A DNA stretch of 64,000 bases from a virus: IMG/VR virus record IMGVR_UViG_3300020213_000031; one strand, 5' to 3'. The first letter of the stretch is position 1. Each line of letters opens with the position of its first letter. Position numbers and translations under genes: made by a program. The notes beneath the pieces are model-generated. The model was not told the origin of the DNA. It saw only the letters and a program-made list of their open reading frames with translations, and made no database searches. This document shows, one piece after another, positions 50,065 to 59,099 of the stretch.

Positions 50065-50579
50065 GCGCTCACTCCAGAGCCGGAAGGCTCTCGCAATGCT
50101 ACCCTCTCAAGGCGCCTGATTCGTTCTTCAATACTCGCGTTCGCCGGTAGAGCATCTAGGAGCGAGAAGTCTCGAATGCGGTTAAGCAGGAGGTCTGCGC
50201 TCGATTGCGGTTGAACGCGTTTTGTAATGATTTCGTCGATCATCGGAGCCAATTCCCTGATAAGCTGCTCGACCATAAACTTCCTAGACTTTTCAAACTC
50301 CTGGCGAAAGGCTAGACCATTTATTTCCTCTGATTTTCCTCGAACCATTTTTTCCAAGCCGCCATTGTCGGAGATGAACTTTCCGATGACGCCTTGGCAA
50401 ATCTGTCCGATCGAATCGACGAGGATTGAATCTGAATGGTTGGCGAGGTCGACGTTCAAAACAACGGCGTTCAGCTTGTCTCTCTCGCGTTGATCCATTC
50501 TTTGATAGTCTTCGTAACTGACGGTTTCTGACGATAAACCATTTGCCAGTTGAGCGTGAAAATCTGTATTGCTACTCAT
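50061..50579 (-). CDS. hypothetical protein
   Basis: ATGA-type overlap in cluster. Confidence 0.35.
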   Translation of the reverse strand: MSSNTDFHAQLANGLSSETVSYEDYQRMDQRERDKLNAVVLNVDLANHSDSILVDSIGQICQGVIGKFISDNGGLEKMVRGKSEEINGLAFRQEFEKSRKFMVEQLIRELAPMIDEIITKRVQPQSSADLLLNRIRDFSLLDALPANASIEERIRRLERVALREPSGSGVSA

Positions 50580-50967
50580 CGTCTTCCTCTAAATCGTCCA
50601 GCTCATCGTATTCGTCATCCTCACTGTATTCATCGACGAAGCCGAGGGTTGGTTCCCTGAAGCTCATAAGCTCGCTGAAGTAATTCTTGGTGGAATTAGT
50701 CGACTCCTCTGGAAGAAGAGCGAAATTCAAAACCCTACTCCGAAGAGCGTCGACGTGATTTGGCTTGTGCTTTCCAATTTCTTCGCCGTTCAATTGGTAA
50801 TCGAGAGCGCGAACCTTGTCCCTTGGTGCGAACAATTTGTGGAGGGAGCGCACCAAGGGAGAATCGGGATATTTGGTGAGGTCGATCTTGAGAAGCATCG
50901 AAGTGAAGAACTCTTCATCGAAAGGCTCATGCAACTCGTGTTCGAACCCACCATCCATCCCCAACAT
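50572..50967 (-). CDS. acidic hypothetical protein
   Basis: DE-rich C-terminus. Confidence 0.35.
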   Translation of the reverse strand: MLGMDGGFEHELHEPFDEEFFTSMLLKIDLTKYPDSPLVRSLHKLFAPRDKVRALDYQLNGEEIGKHKPNHVDALRSRVLNFALLPEESTNSTKNYFSELMSFREPTLGFVDEYSEDDEYDELDDLEEDDE

Positions 50968-50968
50968 A

Positions 50969-51769
50969 CTATTCGCTCACTACGGCTGCGTTGACGGTCT
51001 TGCCATCAGTGATGATCGTCTTAGGGAGCGGTCCTTCTTGCCCGTCGATCCGACCCGTAAGGAAACGACTTTCATTCACGCCCGGACGAGCGTGCTGGAG
51101 CAGCGTCATCGTCATTTCGTGCAGGTTCTTGGTGTGGACGGAGCCATTCTGGTTCATCTCGGCCATGGCTTTCGTCATGCGATCGTAATGCTGCTGAGCC
51201 TCTTGTTGCTTCACCTGAGAGATGGCTTCAGCGTTGCGCTTCTCGAGGTCGGCAACGGCTTTAACTTTTTCGTTCTCTACAGCGGCCACACGCTTGTCGG
51301 CTTCGAGCTGAATTTTGGCGACCTTTTGTTCGGATTCGAGTTTTGCCAAGGTCGTTACCTTGTCGACCTCTAGCTTGGTCGTCTCTTCGAGCATCTTTTT
51401 ATTGCGATCGAATTCGTCTTTGAGGTTGGATTCCTTGATTTTGAAATCGTTCTGCTGAGTCAGGATGCGGCGAGAAAAATCGGCTTCCTGATCTTTGAGC
51501 TTTTGCGTAAATTCCGCCTCACGCTGTTTGAGCGTGATATCAAAATCAGACTCTTTATTCTTGAGCGTCAGCCCTTGTGTTTCGATCAACGCCCTCATCC
51601 TCAGACGTTCTTTCATAAAAAACAGCATCGTTTTCTCCTCTTTCGGTTTTGAGAGCTTTGGCGGCTCTCGTTTAATCCTGTAATCGCTAAGGTCGTCAAA
51701 AATGTTCGCCCAAAGTCGCCTAATCACCATTAGCATTTTCGCGATAAGATGCAAGAGAAAATCGATCAT
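50969..51769 (-). CDS. coiled-coil hypothetical protein
   Basis: Long heptad-rich K/E sequence; start may be internal. Confidence 0.35.
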   Translation of the reverse strand: MIDFLLHLIAKMLMVIRRLWANIFDDLSDYRIKREPPKLSKPKEEKTMLFFMKERLRMRALIETQGLTLKNKESDFDITLKQREAEFTQKLKDQEADFSRRILTQQNDFKIKESNLKDEFDRNKKMLEETTKLEVDKVTTLAKLESEQKVAKIQLEADKRVAAVENEKVKAVADLEKRNAEAISQVKQQEAQQHYDRMTKAMAEMNQNGSVHTKNLHEMTMTLLQHARPGVNESRFLTGRIDGQEGPLPKTIITDGKTVNAAVVSE

Positions 51770-51794
51770 TTTTCGTTCTCCAAGCGCGTCATAG

Positions 51795-52975
51795 TTGACC
51801 TCCTCCCCATGCCTAAAGGCAGGGGATTCCCTTAAGCGACGTTAGCCGCTCTTAGCGTATCAAGTCCGATACGGAGGATATTTTTTGCGGCGTTAACATC
51901 TCTGTCGTGTTGACAGGAACACTCGCTGCAAATCCATCCTCTAATTCCAAGACCACTTGGTCCGCTCGGTCCAGTCTTTTTAAGACAAGAAGAGCAAGTG
52001 ATCGTAGAAGCAAACTCTGATACATCAACAACCAACCCCTGGTGCCTTATGGCTTTTTGCTTCAGGATCTGGCGGAACATTCCGGTAGATGCATCTTGTG
52101 AACTTTTACCATGCGACGCTTGCAGGAACTTCCCGCTTACGTCGCCAACAAATATTGTTTTATACTTTCTGGCTAACTCCAAAGTTTTCTTGTGCAGAAA
52201 GTCTTTGCGGATATTTTTAATCTTTGCAGACAGCTTTTGCGCCTGTCTTTTCTTTCGGTGTCTCTGAAAACCGGCCAGCTTATTCTCATGCTTTAAAAAG
52301 ATTCTAGGGTTTTCAACTTTGCTACCGTCGCTTAACACAGCGATATCTTTCAATCCTAAATCAACCCCAACAGCGTCGATTGCGTGGCTTGTTTCGATAG
52401 TGGGAGTTTCAGCGACTAAGTTAATATACCAGTGGCCCCGAGCATCTTGCGAGAAGGAGCCGCACTTGATCTTACCTGGCAGGTCCCGTGACTTCCAGAA
52501 CTTGAAAGCTTGCTTGGCGTAGGTAGCTTTATTGCCATCAATTTTTACACCGGTTGCTTTAAAGGGCACCCAGCCTAGAGACTTCTTTGACCCGCTAGAT
52601 GCCCGCCAGCGAAGTTTTCTCTTCTTAAATTGTATTCTGCGGGTTGCGTACTCTTCTCCAATCGCCTGAACTGTTTGCGAATGAAGCCCTATCTCTTTCC
52701 CGGCACCTGCGGTCAAGTAGTTGAGGTCAAAACCAGATAGGAAGTCCGAGTGATTTCTAATGGCGTTGAAGCTTGTTTCGTTGCAGAAATTCCACACAAA
52801 GTTAACCGATTTAGAAAGGGCAGAAAGCTTTCTACAAGAGAACCCTCCCTTAATTCGGTAGCGATATGTTAACATCATGGAAGCCTTGTAACGTACAATG
52901 TCGATAGAGTCAAGAAGGAAGTACGCCTTATATCCCCACGCCTAAAGGCGGGGGTTTTACGGCGGCGCTGATAAA
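51795..52975 (-). mobile_element. IS200/IS605-family element carrying only tnpB (IS1341-like); boundaries approximate
   Basis: Imperfect subterminal hairpins CCCCATGCC-TAAA-GGCAGGGG (51805-51825) and CCCCACGCC-TAAA-GGCGGGGG (52934-52954) flank tnpB. Confidence 0.6.
51832..52878 (-). CDS. tnpB: TnpB (IS605 OrfB) RuvC-like RNA-guided nuclease
   Basis: RuvC-I GVDLGLKDIAV, RuvC-II-like FVGDVS, zinc finger CSSC...CSECSC, RuvC-III HDRDVNAAKNI. Confidence 0.8.
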   Translation of the reverse strand: MMLTYRYRIKGGFSCRKLSALSKSVNFVWNFCNETSFNAIRNHSDFLSGFDLNYLTAGAGKEIGLHSQTVQAIGEEYATRRIQFKKRKLRWRASSGSKKSLGWVPFKATGVKIDGNKATYAKQAFKFWKSRDLPGKIKCGSFSQDARGHWYINLVAETPTIETSHAIDAVGVDLGLKDIAVLSDGSKVENPRIFLKHENKLAGFQRHRKKRQAQKLSAKIKNIRKDFLHKKTLELARKYKTIFVGDVSGKFLQASHGKSSQDASTGMFRQILKQKAIRHQGLVVDVSEFASTITCSSCLKKTGPSGPSGLGIRGWICSECSCQHDRDVNAAKNILRIGLDTLRAANVA

Positions 52976-53161
52976 GTAAGCGCCTGCGGTGGTGGCGACG
53001 ATCCATCCCCAGGTGCTCCACATGCTTATGTAGTCGCAGAAACAACTTGGCTCAGCCATTTATTTCCAGCTCCCACCTTTTCCGCTCAAGCTCATCGCGC
53101 ATCTGTCTTCGCCGCCCAACGCCAATAAAGTGAAGAGCCTTAGAATCGCATCGATCTTGGA

Positions 53162-53458
53162 TCATAAAATATTCCAATCCTCACGAGAGGAGAAGTCTTC
53201 ATGCGTCCTGATTTTAATGGCTAGAGTCTCTATCGCAGGAACAAACAAGGCTTGATTTTCCTGCGCCCTAGAGAACCATCGCATCACGCGAACGTACACA
53301 GACAACTTCTCGTGATGCCCAAAACGCTTGATTTTTCGAATGGCGGCGTCATGCCACTCATCCGATCCAACGGGGAACGTAATCTTGGCAATCTCTTTGG
53401 CTGTATCGAAATAGTTGGAACAGCATTCCTCGGGACTACGTTTGATGTCGAGTTTCAC
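53162..53458 (-). CDS. hypothetical protein
   Basis: ORF only. Confidence 0.35.
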   Translation of the reverse strand: MKLDIKRSPEECCSNYFDTAKEIAKITFPVGSDEWHDAAIRKIKRFGHHEKLSVYVRVMRWFSRAQENQALFVPAIETLAIKIRTHEDFSSREDWNIL

Positions 53459-53712
53459 TTCTTTACCATTGAATCGCGACCGTCGATGTACGCCGTTCGC
53501 TGGTTGATGTTAATCTCGGTTGCGAGACCCAAGAGATTTGCCATCGTTCCACCAGTGGCGTGTGCTGATGCGCCGGTTGAATGATTGACGGCCAGGATAA
53601 ACTGATAGCCCTTTGCTTGGAGCAGCTCACCAAAAGGGATGATGAGGTCTTCAAGCTCTTTTTCTTGTTCGTTGCGGAGGTCTTTTTCGATTCGCTCATT
53701 TTGAAATGCTCC

Positions 53713-53907
53713 TTAAATCTTGATCGACTCAATATCCCGATCGAAAATTGTCTTTCGACCGTCTTTCCTCGCGTTCTCAATCGCTTTATCGAGAACAACC
53801 CTGATGAGATTGGACAAGGCTTCTGGCGCCGCTCCGCTCGTGTTCATGCTGCCCTTGTTCTTGATGTATGCTTTCACCTTTGAAACCGTGACCAAAACTT
53901 CGCTCAT
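53713..53907 (-). CDS. histone-fold protein (archaeal/bacterial HMfB/HBb-like histone)
   Basis: 64 aa; ...LSNLIRVVLDKAIENARKDGRKTIFDRDIE aligns to the histone-fold L2/alpha3 signature A..AGRKT...DIE; AAGGAG RBS. Confidence 0.55.
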   Translation of the reverse strand: MSEVLVTVSKVKAYIKNKGSMNTSGAAPEALSNLIRVVLDKAIENARKDGRKTIFDRDIESIKI

Positions 53908-53924
53908 TGTCCTTCTCCTTTGTT

Positions 53925-54370
53925 AATGGTGTACCCGGCGAGAATCGAACTCGCGTCCTAAAGTTTTTTCATTCTACAGTCGACATGTTTTTGCGCCCAA
54001 GGCGACACCGAAGTGTCGGGTGGAGATTAAAATCTAGGGGTCTTTCAACCCCCAGACCAGGGCGACCGATTTCTCGGCCACCTCCACCAACCAGATTCTT
54101 ACGATAAGCTCTGGCAAGCTCCCTGCACTTTCCTTCTTGCGAAGTGGACTGCACTACCATTTTTGCCTTTCTTCTTTAACTGGCGCTCAGGCGGCACCAC
54201 AGTCTTCCGTTTTTAGGCGGCGAACTGAAGAGCCGTAGCATTGCTGCCACGGTTCTTGCGAATCACGAAAGATTCAGCATTTACATTTGCGTCCAGATGA
54301 TAACTCAACAAGTACGCCTCTGAGACATGCAGTAGAATTTCCAAACTCCAGTCGAAACCAATTCGGGCAC
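53925..54370 (-). ncRNA. ssrA: tmRNA (ssrA)
   Basis: 5' GUGCCCGAAUUGGUUUCGACUGG and 3' GGACGCGAGUUCGAUUCUCGCCGGGUACACCA match the tmRNA tRNA-like domain; acceptor GUGCCCG/CGGGUAC pairs; internal ORF ending ...ALQFAA-stop. Confidence 0.85.
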
Positions 54371-54610
54371 TTTTAAAATCAACTGAAGAGAGAAGTACCG
54401 GCTGCTCTTAACGCTGGGCCAGCGCAGAGCTTGGCTTGACTCGCATTAATCTTGTACTTCAAAAACCGAACTCTCAAATTGCCTCGATCGACCACCTGCC
54501 GGTCCTCGACCAAACCAACTGCAAGCACTTCTTCTCTCCTCAATTCATTTCAAAATCGTCTAAACACCATTAACATTTCCAAAAAAATAAGCAAGAAATA
54601 TTTCTTACTT

Positions 54611-54889
54611 TTATTCGCTCCCACCACTCGGCGGCTCGATGAAGACGCCCGACTCGCCCTCTATCTCTGTAATCTTTTTTCTACAATAAATACACAGTCT
54701 AATTTTTTTCGTCGCCATGATCCACTTCTTACAATCCGGCCCTAAGCATTGTTTCCTTTTCTCCGGATCGCCCTCGGCGAAGGAAACAAATTGGTGCTTT
54801 TCGACATTTCTCCGATTGCGTTGTTTCAACATCATTCTGGCTAGGATAAGCCATGCAGTGAAACTGTCAACGATTTTGTTGCTTTTCAA
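54611..54889 (-). CDS. zinc-ribbon hypothetical protein
   Basis: CLGPDC...CIYC motif. Confidence 0.35.
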   Translation of the reverse strand: MKSNKIVDSFTAWLILARMMLKQRNRRNVEKHQFVSFAEGDPEKRKQCLGPDCKKWIMATKKIRLCIYCRKKITEIEGESGVFIEPPSGGSE

Positions 54890-55801
54890 GCTCTTGATTT
54901 AGTTCAAGTTCGATCTCCTCACAGACCTTTCGAGCTGCCTGCTCCTCCTGACGAATGGAGCCTAATTTGAGCGCTATATAGGTGTGCCGATCCACCGCCC
55001 GGTCGAACTTCTTCTTCAGCCACTCAGCCTTTGTTAGAAGCTTCTCCGCCAAGCTGCGCCTCGATTTCTGCCTTCCGCTTGTCGTGGACCTGGCGCAGGA
55101 TGTGATACTTCACCACATCCGTTCCTTCGCGAATCCGCCTCAACTGTGGAATGGCCTCCCTCGTGAATCGCCACAAACTGTAACCGGCCACGGCGTTCGA
55201 GAGCGCAATCACAAACCAACAAATCGACGCAATCACTTTATCTCCTTCACGCTCATGGGGGTGGCGGTAAATACCTCATAGTGCAAGTCTGGGTTAGAGA
55301 ACTTGAGCCTTTCGGCCCAGCGGATAGCCTTAGTGCGGTTGCTCCTGAACACACCATAGAATTGGTAGTCGAAGGGGCAGATGTGCTTTCCGTCTTGCAC
55401 TACGAAGTAAACTTTTTTCATAATCTATAAAGGCCCGAGGAGTCGTGATTCGGTCTGCGCAAGAACCCACTGGACCCAAAGTTTCCACTTTGGCCCGCAA
55501 GACGAGAATGCGAACATTCCGCCCACTTTGTTCACCGCGACCAATTCCTTATTCTCCCAGTTGTTGCGAATATAAGCTCTTTTCATTTTCCATCTCCTGT
55601 AAAAGCCATTCACGGCGGTTTTTCCATTCCAGAACTGGCACTCTGGAAAATTCATCAAAGCAATATTGAGCAAGTCTGCGAAGAAGTTCAAGCTTTGAAT
55701 TGTGATCTTTCCTCAAAGCCGCATCTTTGCGCTTTCTAAGATACTTGCGCCTTCGCTCATCAGGCGTCGACCTTAACGGCACGTCAGCTCTCGGTCCCTG
55801 C

Positions 55802-56047
55802 CTACTCATCCAACACCGCCACGAGGTCAAAGCCAGACTCAGCAGGCTTATCCAAGTAAACGCCGTCTTTCGTCCAATGCTCGTAAGTTTGAAATAGCCC
55901 TGGACTCTCAATTTTCTTCTTGCCTTTAAGCTCGTAAAGCTCACCAACCACGGGATGCTTTTTGCTCCACTTGCCGATGAGCGAGATCACTCGAGCCGCG
56001 TGCTCACCGCCTCGGGTTAGGTAGGTTTTCCCCAACTCTAAACGCAT
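55802..56047 (-). CDS. hypothetical protein
   Basis: ORF only. Confidence 0.3.
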   Translation of the reverse strand: MRLELGKTYLTRGGEHAARVISLIGKWSKKHPVVGELYELKGKKKIESPGLFQTYEHWTKDGVYLDKPAESGFDLVAVLDE

Positions 56048-56262
56048 TCGGAATATCCGCTCAGGTAGTCGCTGATGGACTTGATGTTTCGGATGGAAAT
56101 CGAAAGTTTCTTGCGATGCTCTGGGTCTGGCAACGAATCGACAAACGTGGACAGATCATCTTGAATGTGCTTTAGTTTTTTGTGCTCTTTGATTTGTTTG
56201 AAGTAAAGCAAATTCATGGTCAAACACCAATACCAATTCTGTTAGCCGATGCAAGCAAAATT

Positions 56263-56271
56263 TGATATAAT
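56263..56271 (+). promoter_or_regulatory. extended -10 promoter element TGaTATAAT
   Basis: Perfect TATAAT with upstream TG, 30 nt before ATG 56302 in divergent intergenic region. Confidence 0.45.
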
Positions 56272-56301
56272 CTTTATAACGCACCTTGTCCAGGAGGCTC
56301 C

Positions 56302-56550
56302 ATGTTCGATCTTTCCAAACACCCAGCCCTTTCCGTCGAGCGCCTATTGGTGTTCACCGCACTCGGGTATTATCTTTATCGCCAGGTCCAACTTCAAAAA
56401 AGCGGCACCTTGGCCGGTGAAGATTCTTGGATGGTGAAAGTAGATAAAGAAAAGATGTTTGATATGGCTGCCAGCAAATTCAAACTCAATCCAATGCAGC
56501 GTGGAATGATGGAACAAATGTTCAAGCATGTGATGAAGGATGAAGAGTGA
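56302..56550 (+). CDS. hypothetical small protein
   Basis: GGAGG RBS. Confidence 0.4.
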   Translation: MFDLSKHPALSVERLLVFTALGYYLYRQVQLQKSGTLAGEDSWMVKVDKEKMFDMAASKFKLNPMQRGMMEQMFKHVMKDEE

Positions 56551-58301
56551 AACTCCCACAATACGTTGAAGGCGTTCTACAGTACCTCGGTCGCATGGAG
56601 CAGGAGCATGTTGGCACGCCCGCGCAGGACGCTTACGATCGTATGAGAAAAGAACTCATCGAAGAAAGTCTCACGGCTAAAAATCCTGTAGCAAAAGAAG
56701 TTGCCAATCCACCACCAGTGAAACCGACTAAAACATCTGGCGGAACTTTTAATATGTGTGCCGCTTGCGCCAAAAAGTGGGAACACGGAACCGAGCCAAC
56801 CGATGATCCATGCTTGCAACATCGTTACGGCTTCAACGGTTGCGTGTGTGAGAATAATTCCCATTTCGATTCGTTGAATCTTCTCGAAAAGGAAACCACC
56901 GCAATCTTGGAAAAGCGAGAGAAGGAACGCGAACAGCTTATCCTCAAAATTATCTCGCGCATGGAGAACGGTGAAAAGGTTCACCTTAAAAAGGACATGG
57001 CCTCCAGAGTCCTTGCTCATGTTGATATCAAGGGTCACAAGCTGACCGGCGATCTTGAAGTAATCCAAGACGAGCCCGGTTTCGTTCGTATGTTTTTTAA
57101 AGGCGCAGCTTTGAGGAAATCTGGATTGGTTAAAAACAACCCTCGCCGCTCTGATGGTATGTCTCCAAACGACTTTGACCAAGAACAACTCTACAACGGC
57201 ACACAACATGAAAAAGAACACACCGACGATGTAAAAGAGGCGCAACGAATCGCCATGGATCATCTCGCCGAAGATCCGAACTATTACATCAATCTTGAAA
57301 AGTGTATGCCTGAAAAGTCTGGCGACTTTGAACAAATCGAAGATTCCGAGCCAGAAGAAACTTGGGTAGACGATGAAGAGGAACCCGTGGAAGAAAGCAA
57401 CCCTACTCGCCCCACCGTTTCCGAACTCACGAAAGTTTTCAGGGGTGTGATCAAAGACCCCATCAGTGGAAAAGAGAGCCACGGGTTTTATGGAAGCACG
57501 CTCGGTCGAAATCTTAGCGAAAAGGAACGCGAAGAAGTTTGGCGCGACATCCAATTGTTCATCCAAAAGATGGTCGCTCAAATGATGGAAAAGGTAATGG
57601 GTCTGTCCTTGAAGCGAAAAGACGGAAGACCTGGAGCCTTGGAATTCGCGCAAAAGGAAGCGCTGACAAAAGGAGAAAGCAAGGAAGAGATCGAGGAGAA
57701 TCGTTACTACAAACTTTTCTTGACCTCTTACCTCATGAGCCTGCTTCAACATTTCTTTTATATTTCGCCAAAAGGAATCAAGGCCGCCGTCAACGAACTC
57801 GAAGGCGGAAAAACCTGGCGCCAAAAAGCGCAATTCTCCAATCGTGAGGCTGATGCAAAGGCTACCTATCTTGGAATGATTTCCTTGATGGCTCGCGTGC
57901 GTCCACTCAACCTCGCTGTGTGGTTTGGCGAACACGAAGAAGAAGTGAAGAAAATTTACGCTGAGTCGGAAAAGGAATGGAAGAAAATTCAGGACGCTCG
58001 CGGCAAGATTGGCGCCAAGAAATTGGCTGAGCTTGAAAGGGCGAAGATTGCGCAGCGAAAAGAAATTTCTGCGATGAAGCCGGTATCGATGGACGATAAG
58101 GCCGGATCAAAATCCGAGAGCGCTAAAACTCCGCCCGCTCGGCTGGCTGGAAAGATCGTTCCCAAAACGGAACAACTGCTCGACAAGAATTTATTGAAAG
58201 AAAAGTTGAAAGGCTATAAAAAGCCCAGCCCCGATATCACGCAAGCGATTGCGAGACTCGCGGCTGGGACTCCACCGAAAAAGACTAAGAAGCGGGAATA
58301 G
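56547..58301 (+). CDS. large acidic hypothetical protein (584 aa)
   Basis: ATGA overlap; E/D-rich; no motif. Confidence 0.45.
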   Translation: MKLPQYVEGVLQYLGRMEQEHVGTPAQDAYDRMRKELIEESLTAKNPVAKEVANPPPVKPTKTSGGTFNMCAACAKKWEHGTEPTDDPCLQHRYGFNGCVCENNSHFDSLNLLEKETTAILEKREKEREQLILKIISRMENGEKVHLKKDMASRVLAHVDIKGHKLTGDLEVIQDEPGFVRMFFKGAALRKSGLVKNNPRRSDGMSPNDFDQEQLYNGTQHEKEHTDDVKEAQRIAMDHLAEDPNYYINLEKCMPEKSGDFEQIEDSEPEETWVDDEEEPVEESNPTRPTVSELTKVFRGVIKDPISGKESHGFYGSTLGRNLSEKEREEVWRDIQLFIQKMVAQMMEKVMGLSLKRKDGRPGALEFAQKEALTKGESKEEIEENRYYKLFLTSYLMSLLQHFFYISPKGIKAAVNELEGGKTWRQKAQFSNREADAKATYLGMISLMARVRPLNLAVWFGEHEEEVKKIYAESEKEWKKIQDARGKIGAKKLAELERAKIAQRKEISAMKPVSMDDKAGSKSESAKTPPARLAGKIVPKTEQLLDKNLLKEKLKGYKKPSPDITQAIARLAAGTPPKKTKKRE

Positions 58302-58722
58302 CGAGTTCTTCCTCGCCTTCTTCCTCTTCGTCGTCTTCGTCTCCTCCAAGGAGATTTCTTGCTTCGTTGAATACGGCCTCTGCGCCATATTTTTCGAAAA
58401 GTTTTGCCATCGTTTTTTCCAGAAACTCCTCTGGCTGATCTTCCTGCAAGCGATCGATGATGCTCGAAAGCGTGTCATCAAGATGCTCGAGGTCGGCAGG
58501 GTCTTCCCAGCAGATGGCGGGGAAGTTGGACTTCTCCCAGCAAACGCCAAGGATGGTGGCGTGGCGACCGCCTACAGGCGAGCTTGGATCAGGGATTGGA
58601 ACGAACTGGATGGTGCGAACAATGCCTACCTCGCCTTCTTCGTCTGATTCTGGCCCCGTTACACCCGTTTCCGGGTCGGTCACTTGTTTTACTTTACGAA
58701 CGAAAAACGATTCAGTCAGCAT
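58285..58722 (-). CDS. acidic hypothetical protein
   Basis: Convergent to previous gene. Confidence 0.4.
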   Translation of the reverse strand: MLTESFFVRKVKQVTDPETGVTGPESDEEGEVGIVRTIQFVPIPDPSSPVGGRHATILGVCWEKSNFPAICWEDPADLEHLDDTLSSIIDRLQEDQPEEFLEKTMAKLFEKYGAEAVFNEARNLLGGDEDDEEEEGEEELAIPAS

Positions 58723-59099
58723 TCTGGCTCCTTGGAGGGTGGTGATTGATGGGGTACAATTTAGTGGAGGTAGCGCCCCATGCGTCTATGTGAATGGTGG
58801 TCATTGACCAACGATAAGTCAAGTCGGATCGAAGGCTTTTTCCCCTCGTGGGATAAAGCCAAAATTCACGCTGTAAGGCTGGGCCTCGAAGCCTTTACTA
58901 TTGTTCGAGGAGAAGTTGAATGGACACCCTACTCGCCCTTGCCCTCATCTCAGGATGCTCTAGCTTCCTCGCCTGCTTCTTCCTTGGAAGATTGCTCGAA
59001 CCAAGGCGTAAAGAGCGCGAAAGGCTAGCTGATTGCCTTTTCGTTGGTCTGGCGGCGGGTGCGTTCGTCGCTTTCCTTGCCCTTCCCTGGCTAGGCTAG

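Noticed and set aside
51795-54400. Integrated prophage at the 3' end of a host tmRNA gene
   Set aside because: No integrase, recombinase or att direct repeat was found. Genes on both sides of ssrA are phage-like small ORFs. Replication is protein-primed, which suggests a linear non-integrating genome, so ssrA is more likely phage-borne.
56577-57935. 452-aa minus-strand ORF antisense to 56547-58301
   Set aside because: Fully overlapped by a longer plus-strand ORF with an ATGA-coupled start; low-complexity antisense translation.
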